Of a stretch of DNA of 64,000 nucleotides, positions 47,977-59,352 are shown piece after piece. This stretch comes from Utricularia gibba. Its lineage: Eukaryota > Plantae > Magnoliophyta. The position numbers were made by a program, and so were the translations under genes. The stretch is from the NCBI GenBank assembly GCA_002189035.1, contig NEEC01000009.1:2790001-2854000 (forward strand). Direction: 5' to 3'. Each line of letters opens with the position of its first letter. Within the stretch, counting starts at the first letter, position 1. A model generated the notes under the pieces. It did not search any database. It worked only from the letters and a program-made list of their open reading frames with translations, and was not told where the DNA came from.

Positions 47977-50338
47977 ATGACGGGCCAAGAGGGTGGCCTT
48001 ATCGTTTCAGCAGATCCCACAAATGGTGTTACAGGATTCAAGAAGAAGGGTGGGAGTTTGAGAAGTTGGGTTTTGATTGATTCTTCTGGACAAGAGATTT
48101 TTCTTGATGTGGATAAGTATGCAATCATGCGTCGTGTGCAGATCCATGCACGTGATCTTCGCATTCTCGACCCCTTCTTGTCATACCCTTCAACCATTCT
48201 TGCACGTGAGAGAGCCATCGTTCTTAATCTAGAGGTAAGCTCTGGGGGCCAGGGAGAGAAAAGGTGTGATTGAAAATGCTCTTTGTGGTGATTCACGATT
48301 ATGTAGTTGCTTATGTAGCGTAACTGAAGCAAGCCACAACCACATATTTACATGTTTGCATTCAGATCTTTATGGTGCCCGTATCCTTATATGTATATTC
48401 CATTTTTTCTTGGCTTACTTGCTCTTTTTTTTGTCTCCATACAGCATATAAAGGCTATTATCACGGCAGATGAGGTCAGTTCATGCATTCAGAGCTCGTG
48501 CTTCTTCTAGCTTATTGAGGAAATATTGTGACATTCGTTTGTTGGATATAAGTTGACATTTAATTCCACGATAATCTCTTAGCATGCAGTACTTGTTTTG
48601 ACAGGTGTTGGTACGTGATCCTTTTGACGATGATGTTGTTCCTGTATTGGAGGACCTCCGGAGGAGATTGAATCCACCGAAACTGAACCGTGACTGTAAT
48701 TCAGATGGAAATTTCGCCATGCAAAATGATCTTGAGCCTGCAGAGGAAGATGGTGCTTCTCTTGCTTATTTTTTCCATACAGATTCTAGATATCATTTGA
48801 TGATTAAACACTATGATGCCTCATTTTTTTGTCGCTTCCTGAATCCCAAAATCACGTGAAGGCTTCACTTCATAATTATGGTATGTAATGATCACAGATT
48901 CTCCATTTGAATTTCGAGCACTCGAGGTAGCTCTGGAAGCAATTTGCAGCTATTTGTCTGCTCGCACAACTGAATTGGAGACAGCAGTTTATCCAGCTCT
49001 GGATATGCTTACACTGAAGGTACAGATAGTTTTTTTTTTCTTACAAGCGTAAAATCTTAAACTATACTACGATGTTACCAGTTACCAAATTATCTATGCA
49101 GATAAGCAGCCGCAATTTAGATCGTATCCGTAAATTGAAGAGCCAAATGACAAGGCTGACTGCACGTGTGCAAAAGGTGCCCTTTTCTTTTTGATGCTGA
49201 TACTTCTACATAAATAGAAATTGGTTGTTGTACTTCTTAATGATTTTTCTGGAAAATAACTTCTCCATCTATTGGAAATAAGAGTTGTTGCATTACTAAC
49301 TTGTTTAGCATATCAACGTTACACAGGTACGAGATGAGTTAGAGCAGCTTCTTGATGATGATGACGACATGGCAGACCTTTACTTGTCTAGGAAAATAGC
49401 TGGGGCATCACCATTGAGTGCTGCAGGTGCTGGTAGCTGGTTCCTTGCTTCACCTACCTTTGGATCCAAGATATCACGAGCAAGCAGAGCAAGTGTTGCT
49501 ACAACTCGTGGTGAAGAAAATGATGTTGAGGAACTTGAAATGATACTTGAGGTACTACGAACCAAAAGTCTCTTCCTACATTTAAAAAATGCAAGCAAGT
49601 GGATAATTTTGTTATTTGCAGGCTTATTTCATGCAAATTGATGGCACTCTGAACAAATTGAGCACGGTATGCGAATCATAATGTTTGGTTTGTAAAAATT
49701 GTCGTGTAAAATAGTTGGGATGTGCACCGAATCCCATGCTACAGATACAGATGCCCCTGCCATCAAGATCTATGATTTTTAATGCGTGTCTCTGGTAATA
49801 TTTTCAGCTTCGTGAGTACATTGACAACACTGAAGACTACATCAATATTCAGGTACCGAGCTGCTTGCTGTGAAACTTCCTTTTTTTTTTTCAGTTTTGG
49901 ACTTGAGAGTTACAAACCCGTGTCATTACCATGATCTCAGCTTGACAATCACCGGAATCAACTGATTCAGGTGGGTTTCATTCTTCTTAGTCCATTACAT
50001 GTCTATCATTTTGGCTGCTAGAGAATCCATTTCCGCCCTCTTTACCCTGCAGTTAGAACTGATTCTCAGCGCGGGGACCTTGAGTCTAGCTGTCTATTCA
50101 CTGGTTGGCGGAATATTTGGCATGAACATTCCATACACATGGAATGATGGGCATGGATACATGTTCAAATGGGTCAGTTCCCATCTCCTAATCTGCCTCC
50201 CAACATGCTGATACCGACTGTTTTAAGCCATCTTGGTATCATCTTCTTCAGGTAGTGTCTTGCACAGGAGCTCTTTGTGTAGCTATTTTCGTGCTCATCA
50301 TCGCCTGGGCTCGAGAAAAGAGTCTGATTGGATCGTGA
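47977..50338 (+). CDS. MRS2: MRS2/MGT (CorA-like) magnesium transporter, 10 coding exons
   Basis: [84 protein letters not shown], and the GMN motif (GIFGMNIP). Confidence 0.95.
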
Positions 50339-50872
50339 TGACAGAGGAGATTAGGATCAGAACTTCCGCCAAATGCAGGCTATCTGCAACTGCACATTAA
50401 ACTTCAGGCCAAATTTGTGATCTGTCTATCTAGTACCAGACTACACCAGCAAGAAAATTCTGCTGTATTCAAAAACAATACAACACACTCCTACATGCAA
50501 CTATAGTCTCATCAAAGTGTCCGTCATTACCAACGTTTTAAATTTTATGAACATATCTCGAAATAAAATAATTTCCATCCAAATTTAAGAGTTTTTTAAA
50601 CAATTATGCTAATATTTTTTTAATATTAGTATGTGTTACATTATTTTTTTCATTTTTAAAATTTATTCTTTCGAATTCTTTTTTTGAATTTTAACGCTAC
50701 TATAACCGCAAAGCATTAAAATATCAAATAAATAAAATTTATGTTCCAATAAAAAAATTGAATTTTGGGAAGGGTAGAAAAGGAAATGTGTTTTTTTGAA
50801 GGCTCTCCGTCAACAAATTCAAATTCGTCATTGGAGCGTCGAGTTTTCTTGAACCCGTCTACTGAAGTGGAG

Positions 50873-53800
50873 ATGGATTCTCCTCTTCCGTGTCCTCCCA
50901 CCGTCACGGTCCGCCGGAATCCCCACCGGAGTGCTCGGCCCACTCCCATCCGCGATGCACCTTCTTCTCCATTGCTCCCGCGGGACATTTTTCAGGAGCT
51001 GCCTCCGGTGAGCGTTCGCAAGATCAAAACTCGTGATACAGGTCCTGCCCCTGGTACTACTACTACTACTACTACTACTCTCGTGGAGAACATCAAAGTG
51101 TATTTGAGAGTTCGTCCGGTAATGCTTGAGAAGAAGTCCAGAGGCGCATCTGACGCGAGAAGTGTTTGGCCCAAGAATCAAAAGTCTAAAGTCGTAGCAA
51201 TTCCAAAAACAAACATTACACCAGAAATATGCGTCCATGTGAATGAGGATATGCGTTCTGTGACTGTCTCTGCTCCTCGAGCGTTGCAGGAAGCAAAGAG
51301 AAGCAAGTCTGAGGTGTATGAAGGATTTTCGCATGTCTTCGCTCCTGAAGCATCTCAGGTATATTGAGCGTTCTTGAATTCATGTCCATGTTTGGAGTAT
51401 TCAGGTTTGATATTTTCTATGTTTCTGTAGAGCGACGTGTACACGATGATGGTGAAGTCTGTTGTTGATGATTTCATCAAGGGGAAAAGTGGTTTACTCG
51501 CTGCAATGGGAGCTAGTGGCTCTGGCAAGACTCACACTGTTTTTGGATCCGCTAGGGATCCCGGGATCGTCTTTCTTGCCCTTCGCCACATTTTCAGTGA
51601 TAATGATAGCGCTGGAGCTCAGTCATCCAGGCAATAAACGGCTACGTTTTAGTCATCAATTATTTCATTTCTTTGATTGATACATGAGCGTTGTGCTTTT
51701 AGCTACGATATTAGATGAAAATTTCCTGTATCATAGGGACAGGGTATTATGTGTATCAATGTGGGAGATCGCTTCAGAGAAGGGCAAGTTCGAGAAGATC
51801 ATTGATTTATTAAACGATGATCAGCATTCACAGCTGAAGGGAGTCAAGGAGGTCTTGCGTCCTACCTTTTTTTCCTTTTCTTTCATACAGAATAGATATA
51901 TTCTTTTAGAAGTTACAGCGTAGTCATTGGCACCTAATATGATTTGTGCCCAATCGTAGGTTTCAGTGAGCAATGCTCAGCAAGCTGAGTCCCTAATTGC
52001 TCAAGGGATGCTTAAACGTGCAACTGCTACCACAAAATCCAATAGCCAATCAAGGTATGTGTACCTCTTTTACTGAGCTTGACTACTGCTTTATATTTAT
52101 CCTCTTTCTATGTATATATGTCATTTCTGGAGAATTCCTGCAGCCGTTCACAATGCATCATCAACATTCAATATGGCACTGAAAATGAAGATAAGGCAAA
52201 TAGAACCACTTTGACAATAGCGGATCTTGCTGGTGCTGAGAGGGAAAAGAAGACTGGAAATCTGGTTTGTAAACATGCAGTTGATTTAATGATATTTCTT
52301 TTTCCTCTTCTTGTGTTTCTGGCTTCAAAATTATTGTTTGATATTGATTTTTATTGTAAAGGGAGCTAGATTACTTGAGAGCAACTTCATCAACAATACA
52401 TCCATGGTTTTTGGTTTGTGCTTGAGGGTATGCTGTATTCTAGTTTTCTTTTTATCCGGGTTTCATTATCTCTAGAATTTCCAATTTTCATACGAACACG
52501 CCAATTTTAGTTATTCTGGTTGCTGATGAGTTGCAGTCATTGTTGGAGCACCAAAAAAACCCAAATAGGCCATTGCCAAAGCACTACAAGAACTCCTTGG
52601 TATAAAGGTTTTAAAAGCATACGATTATTTTGAAGCTGATTTACTATCACACATTCTTTAATTTATGCACATGCTGATGAATATTAGTGATTTTGCAATT
52701 TATTCCTATTTTGTAGTTGACTCGATACTTGCAAGACTACTTGGAAGGCAAGAAGAAGATGACATTGGTTAGCTCACTTTTATTTCAGAAAGGAATTTGA
52801 TGTTTTTGTGCTGCATTCTTTGCTTCATGATCCTAATGAACGATGAGTTTTTAATGTGCTCCAGATTTTAACAGTCAAATCCGGAGTTGAAGATTATCCT
52901 GATACTTCGTTCTTACTTAGGCAGGCCTCTCCACTAATGCAAATTAAGTAAGAGTTTTCACTGGATAATCTGGAGTTGAGGATTTCTTTTATAATCCTTA
53001 AGGAGTTTTTTGGATTTTCTGTTTTAGGTTTGAAACTATTGAAGATCAATCAAATCTAAATTTCAGCAAGAGACACAATGATGATTGGCCAAAGGCTATG
53101 CAGCATAAGAAAATGAAGTTCAACAAGAATGTGGTTTCTAAGGTTAATTGAATGCATAATGTGGTGATAAATGATTATATGAATACAATATCTCATTTTG
53201 TGTTATATGTAACACATCTGAATGCCATTTTCAGATTGATGTTTCGGTCGCCGACGTAGGATCCCAGAAGAATGGTTACTCATTTCTCTTTATTTTTCTT
53301 CTGTTCTCTTCCCTTCTATCATCTTATTTATGTTTGTTTCCTGGGTGCTCTTTAAAAGGCAGTAAGCCGGTGCACAAAGGGACTTTAGGAAAGGAGCTCA
53401 AGGATGATCATGCTCAACCTATCAAAAGCTTTATTGATGGGCATTCTAATCCAATTCATGTTCAAACCCGTGAATTTGTTAGGCCTGCCTCTCAAGAGGA
53501 ACCCTCTTCAGAGATCTGTTTTCAAAAGCACAGTGCAGAAAAAGATCGTGAATTCAAGATCATGGTAGGACTCTCTAAAGCATTCTGGAAAATATTGAAG
53601 GAGTTCAAGATGAAATTGCAGGTGGGCTTTGCAAATTAACAAAAAAGAATTTCAATCTTCGAGTTGCGACTTTTCTGTTTTTTAATTTAACGCACTTGCA
53701 TGGACAATATTTTCGATTCTGTCGCAGGACCTTGAGATTGAAATTTGCCACTTGAGAGAGACTTCAGCCAAGGAATATGATGCCCGCCAAGACCTTCAAA

Positions 53801-55596
53801 ATAAACTGCTTGATGAGCAGTTGTTACGTGCTGATTTAGAAAAGGAACTGAAGAATTTAAAGTTGTGTTGTAAATGTCGACAGGAAAAACCTTCTGATTT
53901 TTCCAGTATTCCCTCAACAGATGCATGTTCTAATCGTCACTCACATGAAATGGATGAATACTTGGAGGAGGTACCAGTACGTTGCCTTTCTTTCAAATTG
54001 ACATTGCATATTGTGGTCCTTATCATTCTCTTTATGTTTTGGTACTTATTCGATGGAAATATGCATACTTTAATATGTGTTTCTGTTCAAAGGGTGTAGG
54101 TCTACTACACTTGCTGGCTGGGGGGCAAACTGAAGAGGAGAAGGGTAATGTTGTTAATCTGGCTGGGCATGATCTAGCTGTCGCAGATGATAATGCTGAA
54201 CTTATCCAGACTACCTGTGAACCTAGGAAATCTATTGAAATGGGAGTATGCAGACACAGTAAACCTTCAGATTGTTCTGATGGTCCTGCTAGTTCAGATT
54301 CTTATGTAGATTCAATCAAAGAAGGCGTGGCTTCTGAAACTGAGCCAGGTTATCCAGTTTCATATCCCTCTGTTTGTACAAGTGAGGAATGTGTGAGTTT
54401 GGGTTTTGAAAGTGAAGTGGTATCTACAAGATCAAATTTAGTTTCTTCTCCAACAATTGCAAGCCCTAATGCCTCGTTATGCTCCAAAGATCAAACTAAT
54501 TCTAGTGAAGAATTTATGCTGCCAGAATGTTCCCAATCAGGTTCACACGACATTTTTTTTTTTTTTTACGTAGAAAGATTTAGCATCTATCTCTTCATCT
54601 AATTGCCCCTTTAAAATTTGCTGCTTTCATTTTAAGAATTCTCATGGTCTGTGCTTGAGGGTGCATACTTAGTCAAACTAGGGTTAAAAATGCCTAGGCA
54701 TGAGTTGATCATTTTTTTGGGAGCTTAACATACTATTTCTTGCCTTCAGCTTTCCCATCATTTTTCATTTAATCCCATTGGAATTTTTAGTCAGCTCCTG
54801 TCTTGACTTCGTTTATCATAACTTCTAGATGACTGTGACTCACATCAAGAAGACCCCAGTTCGTCAATTATCGCCCACTCAGATGCTGCAAACAGCTCCT
54901 GCGATTTTCGTTGTGACCAAGACAAATTCCATAATGACGACCAGGTTTGCACCTTGTCCCATTCCCATTGATATTCCATTGCTCTTTACTGACTTGGTTT
55001 CATGAATTGCCCACTGTAGAGGCACCTGCATCCACCAATAGTTGCCTTGCCAGTAGATGGACGCCATCCAGAAGACGCGTTAACATCTTCTGTTCCCAAT
55101 ACTAACATGAACCGCCTACCGCAGAGCCGCCCGCTTCAACCAGTCACCCTCCCCCCTGAGGACAAAGATGATGCTGTCATTTCGTCACCACTCCCATCCA
55201 ACACGTTTCAGCACAAGGATAAACCCAAAAGGTTCCATTTGTGAAAACATGTCTGCATCTTGAACCTCTGCATCTCATGCATCTGGATCATTTTCCCTTT
55301 CAGGAGATTACTACCGGCTGCATCCATGTTGGTGAGGGATGTTGCAATATTCGACATCCGGGATGTAAACGATAAGCCAAAGATGAAGGCAAGTTCTGAT
55401 CAATCCTGGGCTCTCTCATAATCCAAACTTCTTATCACATTAACTCACTCATTCACCATACACATGCTGCTGCTGCTGCAAAATGTTGCAGGTGAGCAGA
55501 CGACGCGAGAGACTCACCGCCCAGGACAACGACGAAAACCACCCACAAAGCGGGAGTCTTCCCCTTATTAACATGCTAAAGAAACTTCAGCTTTGA
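50873..55596 (+). CDS. KIN6: Kinesin-6 family motor protein, about 17 exons
   Basis: N-terminal CPPTVTVRRNPHR, VYLRVRP, P-loop GASGSGKTHT, switch I NSQSSRSQCI, switch II DLAGAER, C-terminal RRLLPAAS. GC-AG introns at 51631-51736 and 55389-55491. Confidence 0.88.
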
Positions 55597-57329
55597 CAAG
55601 GTTAGTCGGGTAACCTGGCTGGGGTAAAGTTTTCTAACGCTGCCCTGTGTTTCTGAGTTATTCATCTAGAGTACGTTTCTTACAAAAACATTTGTTTAAA
55701 AATATATTTAAAATTTTACTTAATATAAAACATAATTTATAAATTTAAATTTAAAATGTATTTGATAACTATATTAGAATTTAATATATATCATGGCTCT
55801 TTCTTTTGTTTCATAAATATACATAAATTTATTAAAACTAATTTTTAAATTAAGTTGTTAAATATTTATGTTAAATAACGTATTTTTAAAAAATCAATTT
55901 AGAATTATCTATCAAGCATCGCTTTTATATTTCTGGAACAAAAAATCGAATAAAAAAAAAGGAAACGTTTTGTGAAAATAGCGTATTGTCCCACCTTTTG
56001 CCTTCGTAGGTAAAGTCCAGAAATTAAGTTTTAAATAATTTATTAAAATATATTAAAAAATTGACGCTTGATATTTGTGGGAATTTGCGCGTTCGTTGAT
56101 CGCGGATTTTTAGTTGCCGGAAATTCTTGTCTTGATTTCCCTTGCAATCGTCGAACACACAGAAGGAAACAAAGGTTTCTGTTGCCGATCGCCTGAGATC
56201 TTCAAGCGGTTCTTTATTCTGTTGCCATCTCGAGGGAGCCCCTCTTCTGATCCGGCGTTCCCTGTGTTTTGATTCATTCTGATGTTTGGGGCGCGGTATT
56301 GAAACCTGGAAACAATTCGGGCCAAGTATTGGGCTGAGTTTCATTGCACAGGTACGTTTTTTGAGAAGCGAAAACGAAAATTGATTTCGTAAGATTCTTC
56401 CTTGTGCTGTCCTGTGTGTGGCGTTTCAAAGAGGTCGTGAGGGGACTTCTTAATCTCTTTCACGAGTCAAGTATTTGGGCTGATCTTCTTGCTTGATATT
56501 AGTGAAAAAGGTTTCTGCTTCTTGATTGTCTTGTTGGGTATGTTTCCGTATGTTGTTTTCTTGGTTTTGAATATTATTGCCCTCTGGGGGTTTTGGATTC
56601 GTGATTTCTCTTACGGGTTTGTTGATCATCTCAACAATTCTTCTAAATGATATCTGAGTGCCTGCTTTTTCTTTCTCTTGTGACTATACTAAAGATGAGT
56701 GTTTCATTGTTCTCAGGAAATTCCCCAAGCTCAGGTTCTAAATCTTGTGCTCTTCTTCACTGATCGTAAGTCTGCAGACCAAACATCTTTTCTGTGAGGT
56801 CTGAACTACGCCTTGTTGATTGAAACTCCAAGCTCTTTGATCTTCTTAATGTTTACATGCGTCTCCCTGTTATGGTTGTTGCCAGCGTTAGGTTTTATAA
56901 GCACAATTTTTGTGCGGAAAACTGAATCTTGATCCACATTCTTGATTACCAGGCTCACAAAAGAATATTTTGTTTACTAAAAAGCAATTTCAAAATAAAC
57001 TCTGTATTTAAGCTTTCTGGAATACTCTGTTTTGGGTTGTCTTTCTACTGTCTCAGAGCGTGCATTTTTAATGTTCATATGTTTCAGGCTGTTTAGTGTG
57101 AGTACTACATGTGTATGCTGTACATTTGAGTTGTATCCCTTGCCCAGTTGGTTTTGATTTTAGAATAATGGTGCCCCGAACACTACTTGATTTTTCCATC
57201 AAAAAGCTTCACGTTGGTTTTGCTTTTTTCTACTCCATCCATCATTTCAGTGTGTTGTCTTTTACTTCGTTGTTTGAATCTTTTACATATTCGCATTTGG
57301 TTCTCTCTCAGATACCAAAGAGTAGACAA

Positions 57330-57682
57330 ATGGCTAGACCATCCTCCAGGTTCTCTATCGCCTCTACCCCCACTCTGCAGGCTTCATCTACCGTCACCAC
57401 AACTGTCAACACAGCATCATCATCTGACCAACTGCAGCCGCAAGTGGTGGAGTCGTTGGTGCTGACCCTAAAACGCCCAAAAAGAAGGTTTCCTGGAAAG
57501 AAGGCACCGTGGACAACGAGTTCATGAACAAGAAGAGCTCCAAAAAATGCTGCATCTTTCACAAACAAAAGCCATTCGATGAAGATGACTCAGAAACAGA
57601 AGAAGACTGCTGTCGTAGAGAAGATGGAGACAAGGATACCGAAGAGCATCACGGCGAATCGAGCTGCGGCCGCATTCCATGA
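57330..57682 (+). CDS. INH3: Protein phosphatase 1 inhibitor-3 (PPP1R11/Ypi1-like), apparent 1-bp deletion in the A run at 57479-57483
   Basis: Adding one A gives [45 protein letters not shown], i.e. the KVxW PP1-docking motif and the K-S-S-K-K-C-C-I-F signature; 117 aa. The leader has predicted introns 56352-56716 and 56766-57311. Confidence 0.9.
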
Positions 57683-58047
57683 CTCGGCTGTCATTTGGAT
57701 TCTCTACCTGCTCATTAAAGTGTCAAAGATTCAATTTTTTTCCCTTAGAATCGATTATCGACTACTGATATTTTGCTCTTATCATGTTTTGTCCCTTAAA
57801 TACATTCAGATGAAAATGGTGGCCGCCTCCATCATATTTCATTTCAACGTGGAGCTCCTCAATACTGATGTGGCTGAGCCCACGTTATACTGCAGGCTAC
57901 GAATGGTTAACGGCTACAACTTTTTCTCACATGCAAGTTTTTTTATTTCCATACACGAGGGAGGAGGAGGGTAACTTCTACACTTGTACGGTCATCTTTA
58001 AGTAGCCCCAAGCATCGTTCATGGCTCGATCTGATAAGCCATTCTGA

Positions 58048-58919
58048 TCAGACGAAAACTCTTCCGGCGGTGGCCTCCGGGGGCCATCGCCGCAATCCAC
58101 TTCTCGGAGCACCGTCTTCAGCCCCTTCCCTGCCGCGTTTGCCAGCGGGTGAATGCCGTGAGCCGGCCCTTTCATGTATTCCCTGTTGTCTCTCTCAGCT
58201 GCGTAGGACATGTTGTACCTTCTCTCCACGTCTACGATACACCACAAGAAACACTCAAAGTTTCAGTAAATAACCATGAGAATCCCTGGCAACAAAAAGG
58301 GCGTGCCTTGGGCGAGATTCTGTTGGAGCTGGCCGTCTCGAGTCAGCGCCATCATCACCTGCGGCACGCCGAGCGGCAGCTCGTCCCCGCGATCCACTTG
58401 CCAGAAATGAATTGCTTTCCCGTAAGTCTTGCAAATCTTGTCCAGATCCTGACGCTGCACCGGCCCAGGAACCGCCGGCATGAAAAGGACGCCACTTTTC
58501 ACCTCGTACTCGTGGGAGTGCCAGAAGGGCTTCTCGTTATCGGGGAGGGTTAAGAAGAGCTCCTCCGAGACGATGTACTCGACTCCGATGAGGCGGGCAT
58601 TCTCATCAGGGCGGTCGTAGATCAGGCACTGCCGGAACTCTTTATTCTGGTGGGCGCAGAAGTGGTGCGCCTCGACCTGCCGCGTCATGTCATCCGCGTA
58701 GAAATGAAATCTGCATCCCAAGCACCATCGGAAAACGATAACAACAAAAATGAAACCGTGAATTATTATATTAAAAGAAAAAGCCGGGGGTTACGCGCAG
58801 AGATGCTGATGGATTTTGTTGATGGGGCCGAATCCCTGAATCGCGGCGGTTGTCTTCTCTAGGAGAGCGGTGGAGGTCTTCGTCGGATCTCCGGGGATCA
58901 TCACCGGAACTTGATCCAT
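58048..58919 (-). CDS. OBAP1: Oil body-associated protein 1 (DUF1264), 3 exons, apparent 1-bp deletion at 58079-58083
   Basis: PGDPTKT...[73 protein letters not shown]. The repaired end reads ...EATAGRVFV*, stop at 58048. As written, the frame runs on to 57978. Confidence 0.92.
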
Positions 58920-58969
58920 TTTGTGTATTTTATCTTCTGGCGTAGATCTGAAGTGGAGGCTTTGGTTCC

Positions 58970-59022
58970 TTATACGTAGACATTGAGCGCATGCGTGGGG
59001 ACACGTTTGCGGCGGACGTGGC
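58970..59022 (-). promoter_or_regulatory. ABRE plus RY-like seed/ABA promoter of OBAP1
   Basis: GCATGC near 58989-58994, ACACGT 59001-59006, GACGTGGC 59015-59022, and a TATAA-like motif on the minus strand near 58972-58976. Confidence 0.55.
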
Positions 59023-59352
59023 CTTCTCCGGTGACTCATTCCAATGTAATGAGACTCGCCACCTTTTGTTTGCCCACAAGCTTTATTTTATTCGTGATGT
59101 GATCTCCAATTTGCAAAGAACGCCTAGTACTTTTTTAAAATTCCAGATTGAACCTCGGATTACATCTTGTTCAATTGAAATCCATTTAATAAATTTTTAT
59201 ATTAAATTTTATTTTTTAGAATAAGTTTAAATTCAAAACCTTAAGTAAAATCTCAGATTTTTCGTTTATAACTATTTTTTTTGTATGATAAAATATTTTT
59301 TTATTGTAAAAAAAGATTTACTATAATTAAAAACTTCATGAGGTCCATCCCG

